Assembly (NCBI GenBank): GCA_963826785.1
Contig: CAWGYD010000004.1
Span: 96,001-160,000, forward strand
Direction of reading: 5' to 3'
DNA: 64,000 bases
From: an uncultured delta proteobacterium
GTDB taxonomy: Bacteria > Desulfobacterota > Desulfobacteria > Desulfobacterales > Desulfosalsimonadaceae
Shown here: piece after piece, positions 29,693 to 39,242 of the stretch
Position numbering within the stretch: position 1 is the first letter of the stretch
Layout: the number at the start of each line of letters is the position of its first letter
Position numbers and translations under genes: made by a program
The notes under the pieces: model-generated
The model's database searches: none
Seen by the model: the letters and a program-made list of their open reading frames with translations, nothing else
What the model was told of the DNA's origin: nothing

Positions 29693-31855
29693 ATGGAAAC
29701 AAAGCAGATCCGGATCGCCCTGACCGGAAATCCCAACTCCGGAAAGACCACCATCTTCAACCAGCTCACCGGGACCCGCCAGAAAGTGGGGAACTGGCCC
29801 GGGGTGACGGTGGAAAAAAAAGAGGGCGACATCCAGCGTTTCGGATACGATCTGCAGATCATCGACCTGCCCGGCACCTACAGTCTGACCCCCTTTTCCA
29901 TCGAAGAGATCGTGGCCCGAAACTTCATCCTGGATGAAAAGCCGGATGTGGTCATCGATATCATCGACGCATCCAACCTGGAGCGCAACCTCTATCTGGC
30001 CAATCAGCTGCGGGAACTCGACTGCAAAGTCATATTTGCACTGAACATGGCGGATCAGGCCCGCTCCCGGGGTTTTCGGATCGATGCCAAAAAGATGTCC
30101 GAACTGCTGGGCGTTCCGGTTCTTTTTACGGTGGGCAACAAGGGTGAGGGGCTCGATGAACTGATCCAGACCGCCATCGAACTTTCCAAGACACCCATGG
30201 ACATCCCGGAGGAGCGCAAAGTTCGATACAGCCAGGATATCGAGGCGGCCATCCGCGTGCTCAGACCCTGCATCGCAGAGCGGATCGATGCCTCTTTCCC
30301 CTACAATCTCCGGTGGACCGCCATCAAGCTCCTTGAAGACGACCGGATCATAAAAGAGCGGATCACGCAACGTCTGGGGGCGGAAGGCCGCAAAGTTTTA
30401 GAAAAGGCCCAGGACCTGCGCGGCCGCCTGATGGACCGGTTAAATGACGATCCGGAAATCGTCATGACCGACGAGCGATATGGATTTATCGCCGGCACCG
30501 TCAAGGAAGTCGTGTCTTCCACCACGCACCGGCGGGTGGATATTTCACGCAATATCGACCTGGTCCTCACCAACAAGTTCCTGGGATTTCCCATCTTTGT
30601 TTTCTTCATCTGGGCCATGTTCCAGATGACGTTTACCCTGGGCGCCTATCCCATGGGCTGGCTGGATACCGGGGTCAACGCCCTCTCGGCGGGCCTTGCC
30701 CACCTGCTGCCGGCAGGAATTTTAAAGGATCTGCTCCTGGAAGGAATTATCGCCGGGGTCGGAAGCATCATCATATTTTTGCCCAACATCCTGATTCTGT
30801 TCTTCTGCATCGCCCTGTTTGAAGACACCGGGTACATGGCCCGGGCCGCCTTTTTAATGGACAAGATCATGCACCTGATCGGGCTGCACGGAAAATCCTT
30901 CATCCCCATGCTCATGGGGTTCGGGTGCAGCGTGCCCGCCATCATGGCCACCCGCACCCTGGAAAGCCGCAAGGACCGGATCCTCACCATCCTGATCACC
31001 CCGTTCATGTCCTGCTCAGCCCGGCTGCCGGTCTACATCGTGCTGGCCGGGACTTTTTTTGCCGCCCATGCCGGCACGGTCATTTTCATGATCTATCTCA
31101 CCGGAATCGTCGCGGCCATTCTCACCGGCAGATTGTTCAGGACCGTCCTGCTGAGAGGCGAAGACGCCCCCTTTGTGATGGAGCTTCCCCCTTACCGGGT
31201 CCCCATGATAAAGAGCCTGGTCATCCACATGTGGGACCGGAGCAAGATGTTTTTAAGAAAAATGGGCGGCATCATCCTGATCGGTTCGATTGTGGTGTGG
31301 GGGTTGACCAATTTCCCGCGCAACATTTCCTATTCAACCGATTATGAGACCCGGATCAACGAAATACAGCGGCAGATTCCGCCGGATCAGGCCCTTTCGG
31401 CAGCGCAGAAAACGGAATTGCTGCAGCTTCTCAAAACAGCCCGGGAAAAGGAACGGGCGGAAAAATCATACATCGGGCAAATCGGCAAATTCATCGAGCC
31501 GGCGTTTGCGCCTCTGGGGATCGACTGGCGGGGAAGCGTGTCGCTGCTCACCGGTTTTGTCGCCAAGGAGATCGTGGTGAGCACCATGGGTGTGCTCTAT
31601 GCGGCCGGTGATGCAAACGGTGCCGAATCCGAAGTGCTGCGAAACGCACTGAAAGAATCGGGCATGACCCCGCTGTCTGCGCTTGCCATTATGGTATTTG
31701 TTTTGCTCTATGTCCCCTGCCTGGCCACAGTAAGCGCCATCACCCGGGAAACCGGGTCTCTCAAATGGACCTTCTTCAACATCGGATACACCACCGGCGT
31801 CGCCTGGATTGCTGCGTTTCTTGTTTTCCAGGGGGGGCGCCTGCTGGGGTATTGA
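29693..31855 (+). CDS. feoB: Ferrous iron transport protein B
   Basis: GNPNSGKT, GNWPGVT, DLPGTYS, GFGCSVPA, PFMSCSAR. Confidence 0.97.
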   Translation: METKQIRIALTGNPNSGKTTIFNQLTGTRQKVGNWPGVTVEKKEGDIQRFGYDLQIIDLPGTYSLTPFSIEEIVARNFILDEKPDVVIDIIDASNLERNLYLANQLRELDCKVIFALNMADQARSRGFRIDAKKMSELLGVPVLFTVGNKGEGLDELIQTAIELSKTPMDIPEERKVRYSQDIEAAIRVLRPCIAERIDASFPYNLRWTAIKLLEDDRIIKERITQRLGAEGRKVLEKAQDLRGRLMDRLNDDPEIVMTDERYGFIAGTVKEVVSSTTHRRVDISRNIDLVLTNKFLGFPIFVFFIWAMFQMTFTLGAYPMGWLDTGVNALSAGLAHLLPAGILKDLLLEGIIAGVGSIIIFLPNILILFFCIALFEDTGYMARAAFLMDKIMHLIGLHGKSFIPMLMGFGCSVPAIMATRTLESRKDRILTILITPFMSCSARLPVYIVLAGTFFAAHAGTVIFMIYLTGIVAAILTGRLFRTVLLRGEDAPFVMELPPYRVPMIKSLVIHMWDRSKMFLRKMGGIILIGSIVVWGLTNFPRNISYSTDYETRINEIQRQIPPDQALSAAQKTELLQLLKTAREKERAEKSYIGQIGKFIEPAFAPLGIDWRGSVSLLTGFVAKEIVVSTMGVLYAAGDANGAESEVLRNALKESGMTPLSALAIMVFVLLYVPCLATVSAITRETGSLKWTFFNIGYTTGVAWIAAFLVFQGGRLLGY

Positions 31856-32432
31856 CCATCCATTTTTACTTAATCCAATCCGTTATGGTCTTCTCGGCTC
31901 GCCGGCAAATTATAGGAGGCCGTCCTTGACAGGGGTGCCCGTTTGTGGCATATGGTAAAAAAATAACATTTACGACTTCTTCTTAGCCATAATTGATGAT
32001 TATCCGATCAAACAGAACCGCCGGTACGTCATTTCCGATTCTCTCTCATTCATCTGAAGATCACGGCTGCGTAGTCAACATCGGCGCGGTTTGCACTGCC
32101 TTCATGTCGAAGGCGGCCAGGAGAAGCCCCATTTCTGTAAGAGGTATTATTGTAGCAGCATCCCGTCAACTCTGTCCACGATGACACCCATTCGGCCTTG
32201 AGCCGGCCGTCCTGAGCGGCGCTTTCCATTCTTCTTTCCCGGCTTCTTTTCCGCGCTGATCCATTCCGTGCGGAATTCGCCCGCCTGTTGCGCTTTCAAG
32301 GAACCCCCTTTTGGGCATTGATCCGCCCGGCCGTTTCCGTTTGTGTCTGAACAGATGGGATATCACAGTTATCATCAGTTAACACCGTTCATGTATGTAA
32401 ACGGCAGTTATCCTTGAAAAGGAGAAATTTAA

Positions 32433-34412
32433 ATGAGCAAAATCATGCAGCTGATCCAGGAGCACCAGAAAGAGCGTAAGAATAAAAAGAAAGAAGATCA
32501 GACATATCCGAAGAATGCCACCTGCAGCCAGTATCTGGAATTGGTCAAACAAAACCCCGAAATCGCCCAGCATGCCCCTTCCCGCATTTTCAACGCCATC
32601 ATGGAGCGCGGCATCGAGGAAATCCCGGGTCGGGAAGCCTGGGGCGATGCGGTCCAGCGCTACCCGTTTTTTTCAGACTCCATGTTCGGCCAGGAAGAGA
32701 CCCACGAGAAGCTGGCCCAGTTTTTTGCAGCGGGCGCCCGGCGCACGGAGACGGGCAAACGGATTTTGCTGCTGATGGGCCCCCCCGCGGGCGGCAAGAG
32801 TTCCATCGCCTCCATATTGAAAAAAGGTCTCGAGGAGTACAGCCGGAAGGTGCCGCTTTATGCCATCAAGGGATGTGACCTGCACGAGGAGCCGCTCCAT
32901 CTTATCCCCCGCCACTTGCGCACCAAAGTGGAAGAAGCGCTCGGCGTCAAGATCGAAGGCGACCTGTGCCCCCAGTGCCGGCGTATGCTGTTTGAGGAAT
33001 ACGCGGTGCGCGATGAGGCCGGCGACGTGGTGGAGATCAAATGGGAGGATGTTCCCGTAAACCGTATCACCCTGTCCGAGCGGGCCCGGGTGGGAATTTC
33101 CACCTTTCAGCCCGGCGATCCCAAGTCCCAGGACATCAGCGACCTGATCGGGCATGAGGATGTGGCCAAATCCGCCCGGTTCGGCAAGGCCGACCCCAGA
33201 AGCTACAGCCTCACCGGGGAGTTGGAAAAGGCCAACCGGGGCATGGTGGAATTCATCGAGATGCTCAAGTGCGACAAAAAATTCCTGTGGTGCCTGATAT
33301 CGGTGGCCCAGGAGCAGGTGATCAAGGTCCAGGGCTCCACCTTTCCCCAGATCTACGTGGATACCGTTATCCTGTCCCACACCAACCAGCCGGAATTCGA
33401 GGAGTTTTCCAAGGAAAAAGAGCCGGCCCTGCACGACCGCATCTACATGATCAAGGTCCCGTACCCCCTGCGGGTCCAAGATGAGAAAAAAGTGTACGAG
33501 AAGCTGCTGAGTCAGAGCAATTTCAACGATATCCATGTTTCCCCCTATGCCCTGGACGTGGTCTCCATGTTCACCGTGCTGACCCGGTATGCCAAGAGCA
33601 ACATCTGCGAGGACCCCATCAAGAAGATGAAATATTACAACGGCGACCGGGTGTCCGAGGACAAGTACCGGGACCCGGTGGATATCCGGGAGCTGCGCAA
33701 GGAAGGGGAGAAGCAGGGGGAGGGCTATTTCGGCATCAGCTCGCGATATGCCATCGACGCCATCAATACCGCCCTGGTGGGCAACGGCGCCAAATGCCTG
33801 ACCCCCCGCATGGTGATCCGTGCCCTGCAGAAGCATTTTGAGCATCACATGGGGTTTTCCAGGGAGGAAGTCCAGCATTACCAGTCCCTGCTCCAGGAAA
33901 CCCGGGAAGGGACGGTCACCGGCGAGTACAAGCAGATCGTGGAAAAAGAGGTGACCAAGGCCTTTCTCCGCGCCTACGAGGACCTGGCCCGGGAGCAGTT
34001 CAACAAGTACATCAGAAACATCACTTCCTTCTGCCGCAGGGAAAAAATAGTCGACGACTTTTCCGGCGAGCGCAGGGATCCGGACGAAAAGTTCATGCGG
34101 TCCATCGAGGAGGTGATCGGGGTGACCGAAAACCGCAAGGACCAGTTCCGCCAGGAGGTCCTGGTGTACAAGGCCACCGAGAAGAACTTCGGATACGAAA
34201 CCTATGAACCGCTCCAGGAAGCCGTGGAGAAGAAACTGCTCCACCAGATGAAGGACACCCTTTCCCTGGTGGTCTCCTCGGAAAGGCCCAAGGGTGACGA
34301 GGAGCGCGCCCGCGCCCGGGACCTGTTCGACACCCTGGTCAACGAGCGCGGATTCTGCGAAACCTGCGCCCGGGAGTTCATCGAGGACGCCGCCCGGTTT
34401 CTCTCCGAGTAG
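32433..34412 (+). CDS. prkA: PrkA/YeaG family AAA+ serine kinase
   Basis: GPPAGGKS P-loop, HEEPL, GDLCP.C, ANRGMVEFIEMLK, ALHDRI, GISSR. Confidence 0.92.
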   Translation: MSKIMQLIQEHQKERKNKKKEDQTYPKNATCSQYLELVKQNPEIAQHAPSRIFNAIMERGIEEIPGREAWGDAVQRYPFFSDSMFGQEETHEKLAQFFAAGARRTETGKRILLLMGPPAGGKSSIASILKKGLEEYSRKVPLYAIKGCDLHEEPLHLIPRHLRTKVEEALGVKIEGDLCPQCRRMLFEEYAVRDEAGDVVEIKWEDVPVNRITLSERARVGISTFQPGDPKSQDISDLIGHEDVAKSARFGKADPRSYSLTGELEKANRGMVEFIEMLKCDKKFLWCLISVAQEQVIKVQGSTFPQIYVDTVILSHTNQPEFEEFSKEKEPALHDRIYMIKVPYPLRVQDEKKVYEKLLSQSNFNDIHVSPYALDVVSMFTVLTRYAKSNICEDPIKKMKYYNGDRVSEDKYRDPVDIRELRKEGEKQGEGYFGISSRYAIDAINTALVGNGAKCLTPRMVIRALQKHFEHHMGFSREEVQHYQSLLQETREGTVTGEYKQIVEKEVTKAFLRAYEDLAREQFNKYIRNITSFCRREKIVDDFSGERRDPDEKFMRSIEEVIGVTENRKDQFRQEVLVYKATEKNFGYETYEPLQEAVEKKLLHQMKDTLSLVVSSERPKGDEERARARDLFDTLVNERGFCETCAREFIEDAARFLSE

Positions 34413-34473
34413 TCTCTGCGGCATCCCTTAGGTGGTTTATCGATAACAGCAGGGAAAATAACTACGAGAAAAA

Positions 34474-34609
34474 GGAATGATGGAATAATGGAATAATGGA
34501 GTAAAGGGTAAAAGCAAGAATCTCCCAGATGGATTGCAAATTCAAGTCCCCCTTTTTCAAAGGGGGATTCAGGGGGATTTTCCCATCATTCCAACATTCC
34601 ATTATTCCA
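34474..34609. repeat. Nested palindromic intergenic element
   Basis: (GGAATAAT)n inverted against (CCATTATT)-like octamers, enclosing CCCCCTTT..AAAGGGGG-ATTCAGGGGGATT. Confidence 0.7.
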
Positions 34610-34681
34610 GTCCTTCAATCTCGGACAACCAAACAAGTGCCCACCCAAAAAGGGCAACTGGATGAGTATAAGGACTGTCAT

Positions 34682-35995
34682 ATGCCAATTTACGAACGGC
34701 ACCGGGAGACCAAGCAGGGCCCCATGGACGCGGCCCGGCACCGGGAAAAGCAGCGCGAAGCCATCAAGCGGGGCATGCGCGAAATCGTGGCCGATGAAAG
34801 CATCATCACCCGCCGCAAGGATGAAAAGGTGAAAGTCCCCATCCGGGGGATCAAGACCTACCGCTTCATCCACGGAAATCCCGGGGGTTCCGGCGGGGGC
34901 GGCGTGGGGGAAGGCGAGGGCAAGCCCGGCGACGTGATCGGAAAACGGCCCGGTCGGGGACGCCCCGGCCAGGCCGGGGACCAGCCGGGTGAGGATTACA
35001 TCGAGACCGAGATCGAGCTGTCCGAACTCATCGAGTTCATGGTGGAGGAGATGGGGCTGCCCAAGATGGCCCCCAAGGACGTGGCCAAGCTGGTGACGCC
35101 GGAAGGGTGGAAATACCGCAGCATCTCCAAGACCGGCCTGCGTCCCAACATCGAGAAGAAGCGCACCTTGAAGGAAGGGATGAAGCGGCTGATCTGCTTT
35201 ATCGAGGAACTCAAGCGGGAAACCGGCAGATCCGATGAAGACTGCGAAACCGCACTGGAAATGGCCCAGGGGGACATCAACGAGGCCCTTGCCATGCTCT
35301 CGGACCCCGCGTTTTGTCCGGAGTGCCATCTCACGGCCGCACCCATCATCACCCGGGAGGATCTGCGCTACCGGGTCCTGGAAAACGAATACGCGTACCA
35401 CTCCAACGCGGTGGTGCTGGCCATGATGGACGTGTCCGCCTCCATGGGGATGGAGAAAAAGTACATCGCCCGCTCGTTTTTCTTCTGGCTGGTGGAAATC
35501 TTGAAGCACCTCTATGAGAACGTGGAGATCCGGTTTATCACCCACACCACGGACGCCAAGCTGGTGGACGAATACAATTTCTTCCACAAGGGGGAATCCG
35601 GCGGCACCCTGTGCCACACCGCCTTCGATCTGGCCGCCGAACTGGTGGAAAAGCAGTACCCCGTGGAAAAATACAACGTCTACGGCTTTCTGTTTTCCGA
35701 CGGGGACGACTGGAGCCCGGAAAAGACGGTCAAATCCCTGCGGCACCTGATGCAGCTGGGGGTGAACATGGTGGGCTACGGCGAGGTCATGGATCGAAAC
35801 GTCATGAGCAACCTCATGCGCATCGCAGAGGATGTGTTTGTCTTAAAACCCCTGACCTCCAGGCGGGACTCTTCCGTGGTGGTTTCCCAGAGCGAGACCC
35901 ACCCCTTCCTGGCCGTGTTGTTTCGGGATGAAAAGCAGATCCTGCCGGCCATCGAGGAATTTCTGAAAAAGGAGCGCTGGCAGAATGAAAAATGA
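34682..35995 (+). CDS. yeaH: YeaH/YhbH (DUF444) vWA-type protein
   Basis: VKVPIRG, Gly-rich linker, MMDVSASM, ESGGT, FSDGDDW. Confidence 0.9.
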   Translation: MPIYERHRETKQGPMDAARHREKQREAIKRGMREIVADESIITRRKDEKVKVPIRGIKTYRFIHGNPGGSGGGGVGEGEGKPGDVIGKRPGRGRPGQAGDQPGEDYIETEIELSELIEFMVEEMGLPKMAPKDVAKLVTPEGWKYRSISKTGLRPNIEKKRTLKEGMKRLICFIEELKRETGRSDEDCETALEMAQGDINEALAMLSDPAFCPECHLTAAPIITREDLRYRVLENEYAYHSNAVVLAMMDVSASMGMEKKYIARSFFFWLVEILKHLYENVEIRFITHTTDAKLVDEYNFFHKGESGGTLCHTAFDLAAELVEKQYPVEKYNVYGFLFSDGDDWSPEKTVKSLRHLMQLGVNMVGYGEVMDRNVMSNLMRIAEDVFVLKPLTSRRDSSVVVSQSETHPFLAVLFRDEKQILPAIEEFLKKERWQNEK

Positions 35996-37490
35996 TACCC
36001 AACGCCTGGCGCGCATCGACGCTCGCATCCAGGAGATCATGGAAGAGTGGGGGCTCACCGTGGTCCCCACTGATTTTGAAATCATTCCCGCCCAAAGAAT
36101 GTTTGAGATCATGGCCTACGGCCTGCCGGTCAATTTCCGGCACTGGTCCCGGGGCCGCGACTACGAGCGGGTCCGCACCATCTACGAGCACTCGGGGCTG
36201 GGACTTCCCTATGAAACCGTGCTCAACACCTCGCCCCCAAAGGCGTTTCTCATGGAGACCAACCCCTTTGCCATACAGGTGATGGTCATCGCCCACGTGT
36301 ACGCCCACGTCGATTTTTTCCGGGAGAACCTCCAATTCAAGGAAGCCCCGGAAGACATCCTCCCCAAGGCATACGAGATGGCCAAGCGGTTTGATTATTA
36401 TGAACACCACTACGGCATCTCCCGGACCGAGCCGCTCATCGATGCGGGCCTGGCGCTTCAGTTCAACATCGATCCGGACATCCATAAATCCCTGGAAAAC
36501 CGGGACGAGCAGTTCGAGCGGCTCTATGGCGAGACCGATGACGGCGGAAAACCGGTGGATGCGTTTTATAAACTCTTCCCCCGCCAGAAGAAGAAGCGGC
36601 CGGACTTCTGGGAACTGGCCCACAAGACGCCGCTGGAGCCGGAGCGCGACCTGCTGGGCTATCTCATCGACCATTCGCCCAAACCCCTGGATCGGTGGGA
36701 GCAGGATGTCCTGTCCTCCATCCGCACCCAGGGGATGTATTTCTATCCCCAGCTGCGCACCAAGATCATGAACGAGGGCTGGGCCTCCTACTGGCACGAG
36801 CAGGCCATGCGAAAGCTTTTCGAGGAAGGGCTGCTCAATACGGAGGAGCACGGCTACTATGCCCAGTACCACGCGGCGGTCCTGGCACCCAACCGGTTTC
36901 AGCTGAATCCCTACCGGGTGGGCCGGAAGATGTTTGAAGACATTCGGAAACGCTGGGACTGCGGCCGGTTCGGCCGTCAGTGGCGGGAATGCGAGGACGA
37001 CCGGGAGCGGGAGTGCTGGGACAAGGGGCTGGGGGAGGGGCTCGAAAAGATGTTTTCCGTGCGCCGGATCTACTCGGACCGGATGTTTATCGAGCATTTC
37101 CTCACCGACGACCTCATCCATGATATGAATCTCTATATCTACGAAGAGCGAAAAACCATGGATGGCGGCAGCGAGATCGTGATCGCGGAGCACCGCCCCG
37201 AAATCATCCGGCAGCAGCTCAAGGAAGTGCACGCCGACGGCGGCCAGCCCCGCATCGTGGTGGAGGACGGCAACTACCGGGGCCGGCATGAACTCTACCT
37301 GCGCCACATATTCGAAGGCGCTCCGCTCGATTACGAATACCTCCAGAAAACCGTCGAGCACATCTACCACCTCTGGGGCCGCAACGTGCACCTGGAAACC
37401 GTGGACGTGCTCAAAAACGACCGCGGCGAGCTTTCCCGCCGAAACGTAGTCTACCAGTACGACGGCATCGGCCATTCCAAAAAAGGATAG
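35985..37490 (+). CDS. spoVR: SpoVR/YcgB family protein
   Basis: HWSRG, YETVLN, AHVYAHVDFF, YFYPQLRTKIMNEGWASYWH, NPY. Confidence 0.93.
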   Translation: MKNDTQRLARIDARIQEIMEEWGLTVVPTDFEIIPAQRMFEIMAYGLPVNFRHWSRGRDYERVRTIYEHSGLGLPYETVLNTSPPKAFLMETNPFAIQVMVIAHVYAHVDFFRENLQFKEAPEDILPKAYEMAKRFDYYEHHYGISRTEPLIDAGLALQFNIDPDIHKSLENRDEQFERLYGETDDGGKPVDAFYKLFPRQKKKRPDFWELAHKTPLEPERDLLGYLIDHSPKPLDRWEQDVLSSIRTQGMYFYPQLRTKIMNEGWASYWHEQAMRKLFEEGLLNTEEHGYYAQYHAAVLAPNRFQLNPYRVGRKMFEDIRKRWDCGRFGRQWRECEDDRERECWDKGLGEGLEKMFSVRRIYSDRMFIEHFLTDDLIHDMNLYIYEERKTMDGGSEIVIAEHRPEIIRQQLKEVHADGGQPRIVVEDGNYRGRHELYLRHIFEGAPLDYEYLQKTVEHIYHLWGRNVHLETVDVLKNDRGELSRRNVVYQYDGIGHSKKG

Positions 37491-37552
37491 ACGATTTCCC
37501 CAATTTTGAATCCGTTTTATCAAAACCCTCTCTTGAGTCTTACAAATCTCAA

Positions 37553-37618
37553 AAAGCCCCCCCATTTCAAAAAGTCCCCTTCTAAACTTTTTAAAAGGGG
37601 GATTTAGGGGGATTTTCC
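37553..37618. repeat. CCCCCTT/AAGGGGG palindromic repeat copy
   Basis: AAAGTCCCCTT..AAAAGGGGGATTTAGGGGGATT, same family as the 34545 and 42230 copies. Confidence 0.65.
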
Positions 37619-37808
37619 CTCAGAATACACGACCCTTCCCCCGCCCCCCCCACCCTTCCCTTCTGCGAAAAAGGTCGCCCGTGCGCCCGCCGGGAATAAC
37701 CCGAGCAGGCCCTGCCCGCATTCGATTGCAAACCCATTGAAAAAAAGATCCGGATATCATAATGATTTTGATTTGGCATCGGTGATTGGAATGCAATCAG
37801 GAGGTTTG

Positions 37809-38279
37809 ATGAATCAAAAGAAAAACCAAAGCACCGGGCCGCACACGGTGAAGCTGGATCAATGGATCGACTGCGCGCCGTTTGAGCGGCTGCTGAACAT
37901 GGAGATCGTGGAGGCGGCCGGGGGCAGGGCGGTGTTGACCATGCCGTTTTATGAACAATATGCCCAGGGAGCCGGCCTGATGCATGGCGGCGCACTGGTC
38001 AGCCTGGCCGACACGGCCGTGGGGATGGCCATCAAGAGCCTGCTTCCGCCGGACACGCATTTTGCCACCACCCGGTTGGAAACCGTCTTCCTCTACCCGG
38101 TCACAAAAGGCGTGGTGACCGCCGAAGCCAGCGTGACCCGCCGGGAAGGCCGCATCCTCGAAGGAAGCGCCGTGGTCAAAAACGAGGAGGGCCGTGAAGT
38201 GATGCGGTTTAACTCCGAGTTCAAGGTGGCCAGGGAAAGAAAGCAGACACTGCTTCCGCGCCTCGATCTTGAACGGTAG
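37809..38279 (+). CDS. PaaI family thioesterase
   Basis: GLMHGGALVSLADTAVG. Confidence 0.92.
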   Translation: MNQKKNQSTGPHTVKLDQWIDCAPFERLLNMEIVEAAGGRAVLTMPFYEQYAQGAGLMHGGALVSLADTAVGMAIKSLLPPDTHFATTRLETVFLYPVTKGVVTAEASVTRREGRILEGSAVVKNEEGREVMRFNSEFKVARERKQTLLPRLDLER

Positions 38280-38331
38280 GGGAGGGTTTTACGCCTGCCC
38301 GCTCCTGTCGGGCATCCCGGCCAACTTGTCG

Positions 38332-38838
38332 TCATTTTTCTTCATACAACTGCCGCAAGGTTTCCTGAAGGACCGCCAGCCGCTGCTTATCCGCCGGATC
38401 ATTTGACTTTCTTTTCAGTTCAACCAGCATCCGGATATCGAGCACGCGTAAAGTATATCCCCTGAATTCCAATTCTATGGTTTGACCCAGAAGATCTTCA
38501 TATGTTTTTCCGTCTTCAATAAACGCCAGGACATCCAGCGGGCCCAGAGGGGTCGATAAAAGCACATGCCCTTCAGAAAAATCTTCCTGTTTTGGCGCTA
38601 TGACTTTGTCATCAGGGCGACGATAAATAGCGCCTATCGATTTTAGAAATGAAAAGAGCGTTGAAATGTTTTCGGAAGACCGGCGATGCAGGATATCCAC
38701 ATCCAGTGTCGTGACCGGCGCCCCCTGCACCACCGCCGCCAGGCCGCCCACCAGGATAAACTGGATTTCCGCCTTGAGCAGCCCCTCAAGTATCGCGCTC
38801 AGATCTGCGCCTGTCGTTTCTTTGCTGTTTGAATGCAT
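38332..38838 (-). CDS. Pol-beta-fold nucleotidyltransferase-like protein
   Basis: FILVGGLAA..G..TTLDVD, GPLDVL, LVELK..D. Confidence 0.75.
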   Translation of the reverse strand: MHSNSKETTGADLSAILEGLLKAEIQFILVGGLAAVVQGAPVTTLDVDILHRRSSENISTLFSFLKSIGAIYRRPDDKVIAPKQEDFSEGHVLLSTPLGPLDVLAFIEDGKTYEDLLGQTIELEFRGYTLRVLDIRMLVELKRKSNDPADKQRLAVLQETLRQLYEEK

Positions 38839-38962
38839 TTCTCAATTCCAGAATCGCCCGTACCGCATTGTCATTTGCCTTCAGGCGTTCCTCCGGTGTC
38901 ATTTTGAGGAACATAATGATCAAGCCTTTATCAACGTCTTTTTTTTCTTGTTCGCCGGTCAT
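38786..38962 (-). CDS. Small helical partner of the nucleotidyltransferase (antitoxin-like)
   Basis: VDKGLIIMFLKMTPEERL; overlaps the NTase start. Confidence 0.6.
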   Translation of the reverse strand: MTGEQEKKDVDKGLIIMFLKMTPEERLKANDNAVRAILELRNAFKQQRNDRRRSERDT

Positions 38963-39242
38963 AAGATATGAAGAATTTCCCATAGATGCTAACATTAATG
39001 AAATCGTAAAAGTCGTATTTTAGGCTTTCGTCATTCCAGCGGATGCGGGAATCTATAGGCTCCCGGAATTTTCAAAATCAGACAGCGACTCCGTTGAATC
39101 CAATATAAATGGTTCGGCAAGGCCTTTATAACCGTTTTTATCATATTTATTGTGGCCAAGAATGTTACACTGTCAATAGTTTTATTACAGATGAATGCGC
39201 AAGGCATATTCAGGTAAACCCCAAAGCCAGGAGGTGATTGCC

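Noticed and set aside
32161..32169. TCCCGTCAA matching the end of the CRISPR repeat
   Set aside because: A 9-bp match is expected by chance and the flanks do not align
32673..37565. Long antisense ORFs (583, 386 and 583 aa) opposite prkA, yeaH and spoVR
   Set aside because: Shadows of GC-rich third positions in well-supported sense genes; no recognisable motifs
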